Shown piece after piece: positions 60,711-64,000 of a stretch of DNA of 64,000 nucleotides. This stretch comes from Candidatus Bathyarchaeota archaeon. Lineage in GTDB: Archaea > Thermoproteota > Bathyarchaeia > 40CM-2-53-6. The notes beneath the pieces were generated by a model. The model made no database searches, was not told the origin of the DNA, and saw only the letters and a program-made list of their open reading frames with translations. Position numbers and translations under genes: made by a program. How positions within the stretch are numbered: the first letter of the stretch is position 1; every line of letters starts with the position of its first letter. The stretch is from the NCBI GenBank assembly GCA_963733055.1, contig CAVTBR010000003.1, forward strand, positions 192,001 through 256,000, in the 5' to 3' direction.

Positions 60711-61637
60711 TCAGTTCTTCGACTTGTACCATTGAATGTACTCGGTCAAAGCAGAATCGAGAGGGTAGTGGATTTCGAAGTTGAAGGCCTGCTTCGCCTT
60801 ATCAATCCCCAAACACATTCGACGGAGATCGCCGACACTTGGCGGGCCATAGGTTGGGTGGACTGGTTTGTTAAGGCCTCGTCCCACTTTCTCTAGCAGG
60901 GTGTTGATTGATGTTTCAACTCCCGTGCCGAGATTGAATGTCTCGCCTTCTGCCTGTCTTGAGTTGAAAGCAGCCATTAGTCCTTGAGCCACGTCTTTCA
61001 CGTAAATCAAATCTCTCGTCTGTTCGCCGTCGCCGAAGACGGTTGGCTGCTTGGCTTTCATGAGTTGCTCTATGAAGGAAGCCACCACCGGCCGCCAGCC
61101 CAGTTTTTCATTTACTCTCTGTCTCGGTCCGTAGACTGTTGCAAGTCGGCACACGACCGTCTTTATCCCGTATTGCTTGCGATACGCCCGCATGTGAAGT
61201 TCTGATGAGTATTTGTTAACATCATATGGGGTTTTGCAGTTGATGGGATGTTTCTCGTCCATGGGCAGATATTCAGGATCGCCATAGATTCCAGAGTTCG
61301 ACGTGAACACCATTTTCGCATCAGTTTTACGTGCGAGCTCCAGCATGTTTAGGGTCGCGCGTACATTCACATCCACGTCGCGGGCTGGGTTGTTAAAGCT
61401 GAACGATCGGGGATGACATGCAAAATGAAAGATCCCGTCGACTGTCCGTTGCTTAGCGACGGCTGATTCTTTGGATATGTCGACGCGGAGTAACTTGATT
61501 TTTCTTCTGACTCCCCGGAGATTGGACAGTGAACCGTTGCTCAGGTCGTCTAGAACGCGAATCTCATGATCCCCTGAGTAAAGATCTGTGAAGTGAGAGC
61601 CAACGAATCCGGCTCCTCCCGTGACGAGTAGCTTCAA
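60711..61637 (-). CDS. NAD-dependent nucleotide-sugar epimerase/dehydratase
   Basis: TGGAGFVGSH, YDVNK, YGPRQ, GDGEQTRD. Confidence 0.93.
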   Translation of the reverse strand: MKLLVTGGAGFVGSHFTDLYSGDHEIRVLDDLSNGSLSNLRGVRRKIKLLRVDISKESAVAKQRTVDGIFHFACHPRSFSFNNPARDVDVNVRATLNMLELARKTDAKMVFTSNSGIYGDPEYLPMDEKHPINCKTPYDVNKYSSELHMRAYRKQYGIKTVVCRLATVYGPRQRVNEKLGWRPVVASFIEQLMKAKQPTVFGDGEQTRDLIYVKDVAQGLMAAFNSRQAEGETFNLGTGVETSINTLLEKVGRGLNKPVHPTYGPPSVGDLRRMCLGIDKAKQAFNFEIHYPLDSALTEYIQWYKSKN

Positions 61638-61756
61638 GTGTTCTCAGCTCGAATCCGGTATCTAAGTCGCCCAATATAATTGGTTCTCGGACGATTTTGG
61701 AGTAAGGGCCTCCTTGCACTCCTAATTGGTGCGACAATGTACACCGATATGATGTG

Positions 61757-62720
61757 TTAGCTGTCTCCTCGAACCTTCTGGTTTAAGATTGGTCTAGTTG
61801 ACTCTGACAATCTCATCGTGGAGGAGAGAATCCACCCGAGACCTAGAACAAACTTTGTCATACCGCTGAGGTATAGTCGGGCGGTTAGGAGTTCATGGCG
61901 CCTGATACGGACAAGAGAAAAGTGAGCAAGAGTTAGCCAAGTCATAATCAACGGTAATATCCCGAGGTTCGTAAGAGTGTGCGCCAGATTGTTCCTCACC
62001 ATGATGGGCATGACCTTCGTGGCGGAGGGATCCTCTGTGTATGTAGCGTGTATTTCGTGCCTTACAATTGCACTCGGGCAAGTCCATATTTCCCATCCAA
62101 GTTTACGTATCCTCTCGGCGAGGTCGGTGCTTTCTGCGCCTGCGAAATAGGTCGGGTTAAACAGGAAAGTTCTGGACAATAGGTCTCTACGAAACATAAA
62201 TGCGGCGCCATCGAAAGCTTCTACGATAGTGGGTTTGTCAAACTGGCCCTTATCCACCTCTAGGTAACCGATATTTGCATATAGATTGGCATTTTTGCTG
62301 AACCTCCTCATTCCCACCGAATTAATTGAATTAGAATCTTTGATGAGCACTTTTGGCACAACCACTTTGCAGCGGTCCCCGTGGCTGTTGAGAGCGCAGT
62401 ATGAGTTCGGATATCGTGTTTGATGCCAGCCTAGTGTCAGGGTTGAGGACGAATATGACCTGACCCGTAGATCGAGCCACACCGAGATTGTTTCCTCCTG
62501 TATACCCTAGGTTCGACCCACTGCGGAAGTACCGAGCTAGGCTTTCCTCAGCAATTGCGCGCACTTCGTCGTTACCTGCGTTGTCGACGATCACCACTTC
62601 AAAGCTGGCAAAGTCTTGTGTCCTCAACGACGCTAACAGTTTCTTGATTAATCGTGCGTCGTTGTAACTAACTATTATTAGGCTCACGAGTGGGAGTTTC
62701 GACAACCCTATCTCATTCAA
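61757..62720 (-). CDS. GT2 glycosyltransferase, 1-nt frameshift near 62383
   Basis: VSLIIVSYN, VDNA, NLGYTGGNN, LNPD; then GAAFM.RR, E..DL..R. Confidence 0.88.
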
Positions 62721-62961
62721 GTTGGCCCAATCCGCATAGCTGGATGCCCATTTCGAACATACCTCTCGACCGATTTCAGTCTATCCTGAACTGATCTGTT
62801 TTCCTCAACAATTCGAAAGGCCCAATTCTAAATCTAACGCTGTACAGTCGAGCGCTTCAGGATACTTCCAAGCTACACTTCTCTCCATCACTCATGGCGT
62901 ACATCTGAACTTGTCCCCTTCCACTTTGTCCACATACAGCCCTTCTCTTAGACAATAAATA

Positions 62962-63705
62962 ATGGAGGAACGGGAGCCGTACATGTGTAAATATCCGAAC
63001 GCCTCGAGTTATGAACGAGTTCAGATGCAACTCGGAATCTTGGAGTTCTTCATTAACCACACAGAGCCCTCCGATTTCAACGACAAACGTATCCTCGAGG
63101 TAGGCAGCAGATATGTGAACGGCAGCGTTCGTCCTTACATCCTCAAATTCTCCCGACCGGAATCGTACGTTGGCGTCGACATTGAGGAAGGAAAATTCGT
63201 TGACATCGTATTGGATGCCGAAAAGCTTGTCGAACGCTTCGGTGAGAACTCGTTCGATGTTGTGATCTCCTGCGAGACCGTTGAGCACGTCGAGAATTGG
63301 AGATTCGTATTTGAGAACCTCAAACGTGTCTTAAAACCAGGTGGGCGCCTACTTCTTACGACTGTCACCCCAGGATTCCATCTTCACGGATATCCCAATG
63401 ATTATTGGCGTTATGAACGAGGCGACATGAATCAGATTTTTTCTGATTTTCAAATTTCGGTACTCCTTACCGATCCAGAAACCTATGGAATTTATCTTAA
63501 GGCTTTGAAACCCACGACGTGGAAGCCCAATGACTTATCCAAGATTCACCTTTACTCGATGGACCGTGAGAAAGAATTCGCCCAAGAGTTTCACGTGATT
63601 AGCATTCGAGTGAGAGAGAGATACCTACGTATAGTGCGGCCCCTGTATCGACTCGTGATCCCAAGAAAGAGGAAGCGAGAAAAGCGCGTAGGCGAACACG
63701 CTTGA
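62962..63705 (+). CDS. Class I SAM methyltransferase (glycan-cluster type)
   Basis: ILEVGS..VNGS, YVGVD, EHV, VLKPGG, H.YP.DYWR. Confidence 0.88.
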   Translation: MEEREPYMCKYPNASSYERVQMQLGILEFFINHTEPSDFNDKRILEVGSRYVNGSVRPYILKFSRPESYVGVDIEEGKFVDIVLDAEKLVERFGENSFDVVISCETVEHVENWRFVFENLKRVLKPGGRLLLTTVTPGFHLHGYPNDYWRYERGDMNQIFSDFQISVLLTDPETYGIYLKALKPTTWKPNDLSKIHLYSMDREKEFAQEFHVISIRVRERYLRIVRPLYRLVIPRKRKREKRVGEHA

Positions 63706-63717
63706 ATGTTGAGGGAA

Positions 63718-64000
63718 TCAAGCAAAGTCATTAGTTCGGAAATGAACAGTGCGTGGAACTAACCGTATGATCAGTAGGGTTATCACAGCACTGAAGACAC
63801 TTCTGATCGGCACCGAAAGGCCTCCGGTTAAAACCATTCCGAAGAGGTTTAGGCATTGATTGCTTAGCCCCTGAAGCGTTACGTTGTATAGGGGAATGAA
63901 CAAGAATGCGACATTCTCCTTACAAATATACGCTCCCTCCTGAACCAGTATCCAGAGAAGCCCAGATAGGGTAAGCACTATCGTCAGTATCCTGTAACCC
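63718..64000 (-). CDS. 3' end of a membrane protein entering from beyond the window
   Basis: Hydrophobic C-terminal ORF open to the window edge. Confidence 0.5.
   Translation of the reverse strand, partial: GYRILTIVLTLSGLLWILVQEGAYICKENVAFLFIPLYNVTLQGLSNQCLNLFGMVLTGGLSVPIRSVFSAVITLLIIRLVPRTVHFRTNDFA

Noticed and set aside
1-64000. CRISPR arrays, rRNA, transposases and the many short antisense ORFs in the track
   Set aside because: No repeat-spacer arrays, rRNA or transposase motifs were seen; the short ORFs overlap well-supported genes and lack motifs.

Overview
Archaeal chromosomal segment of roughly 50% GC. Gene content points to the TACK superphylum, most likely Bathyarchaeia (inference). 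It carries TFB, Rpo12, aIF1/SUI1, archaeal GlyRS, pantoate kinase/PPAT, CofE, SdhAB, Tat, an H+-PPase, a crenactin-type actin with arcadin-like neighbours, a tRNA splicing endonuclease with the crenarchaeal-specific loop, and a surface-glycosylation cluster at the right end. Highlights: (1) a 22-nt bulge-helix-bulge (BHB)-type intron candidate inside a protein-coding glycosyltransferase gene (57027-57048), whose removal restores the start codon, RBS and frame; (2) a tRNA-Gln(CUG) gene that resolves into a 76-nt tRNA only after removing four introns; (3) a tandem CDC48-type AAA+ ATPase apparently fused to a Lon (S16) protease domain and coupled to a membrane protein gene; (4) an actin/arcadin operon; (5) an unannotated Tyr/Pro-rich 37-aa peptide and a bipartite 36-bp repeat. 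Eight genes show 1-2 nt frameshifts, most likely read or assembly indels. All calls come from reading motifs by eye; no searches were run.
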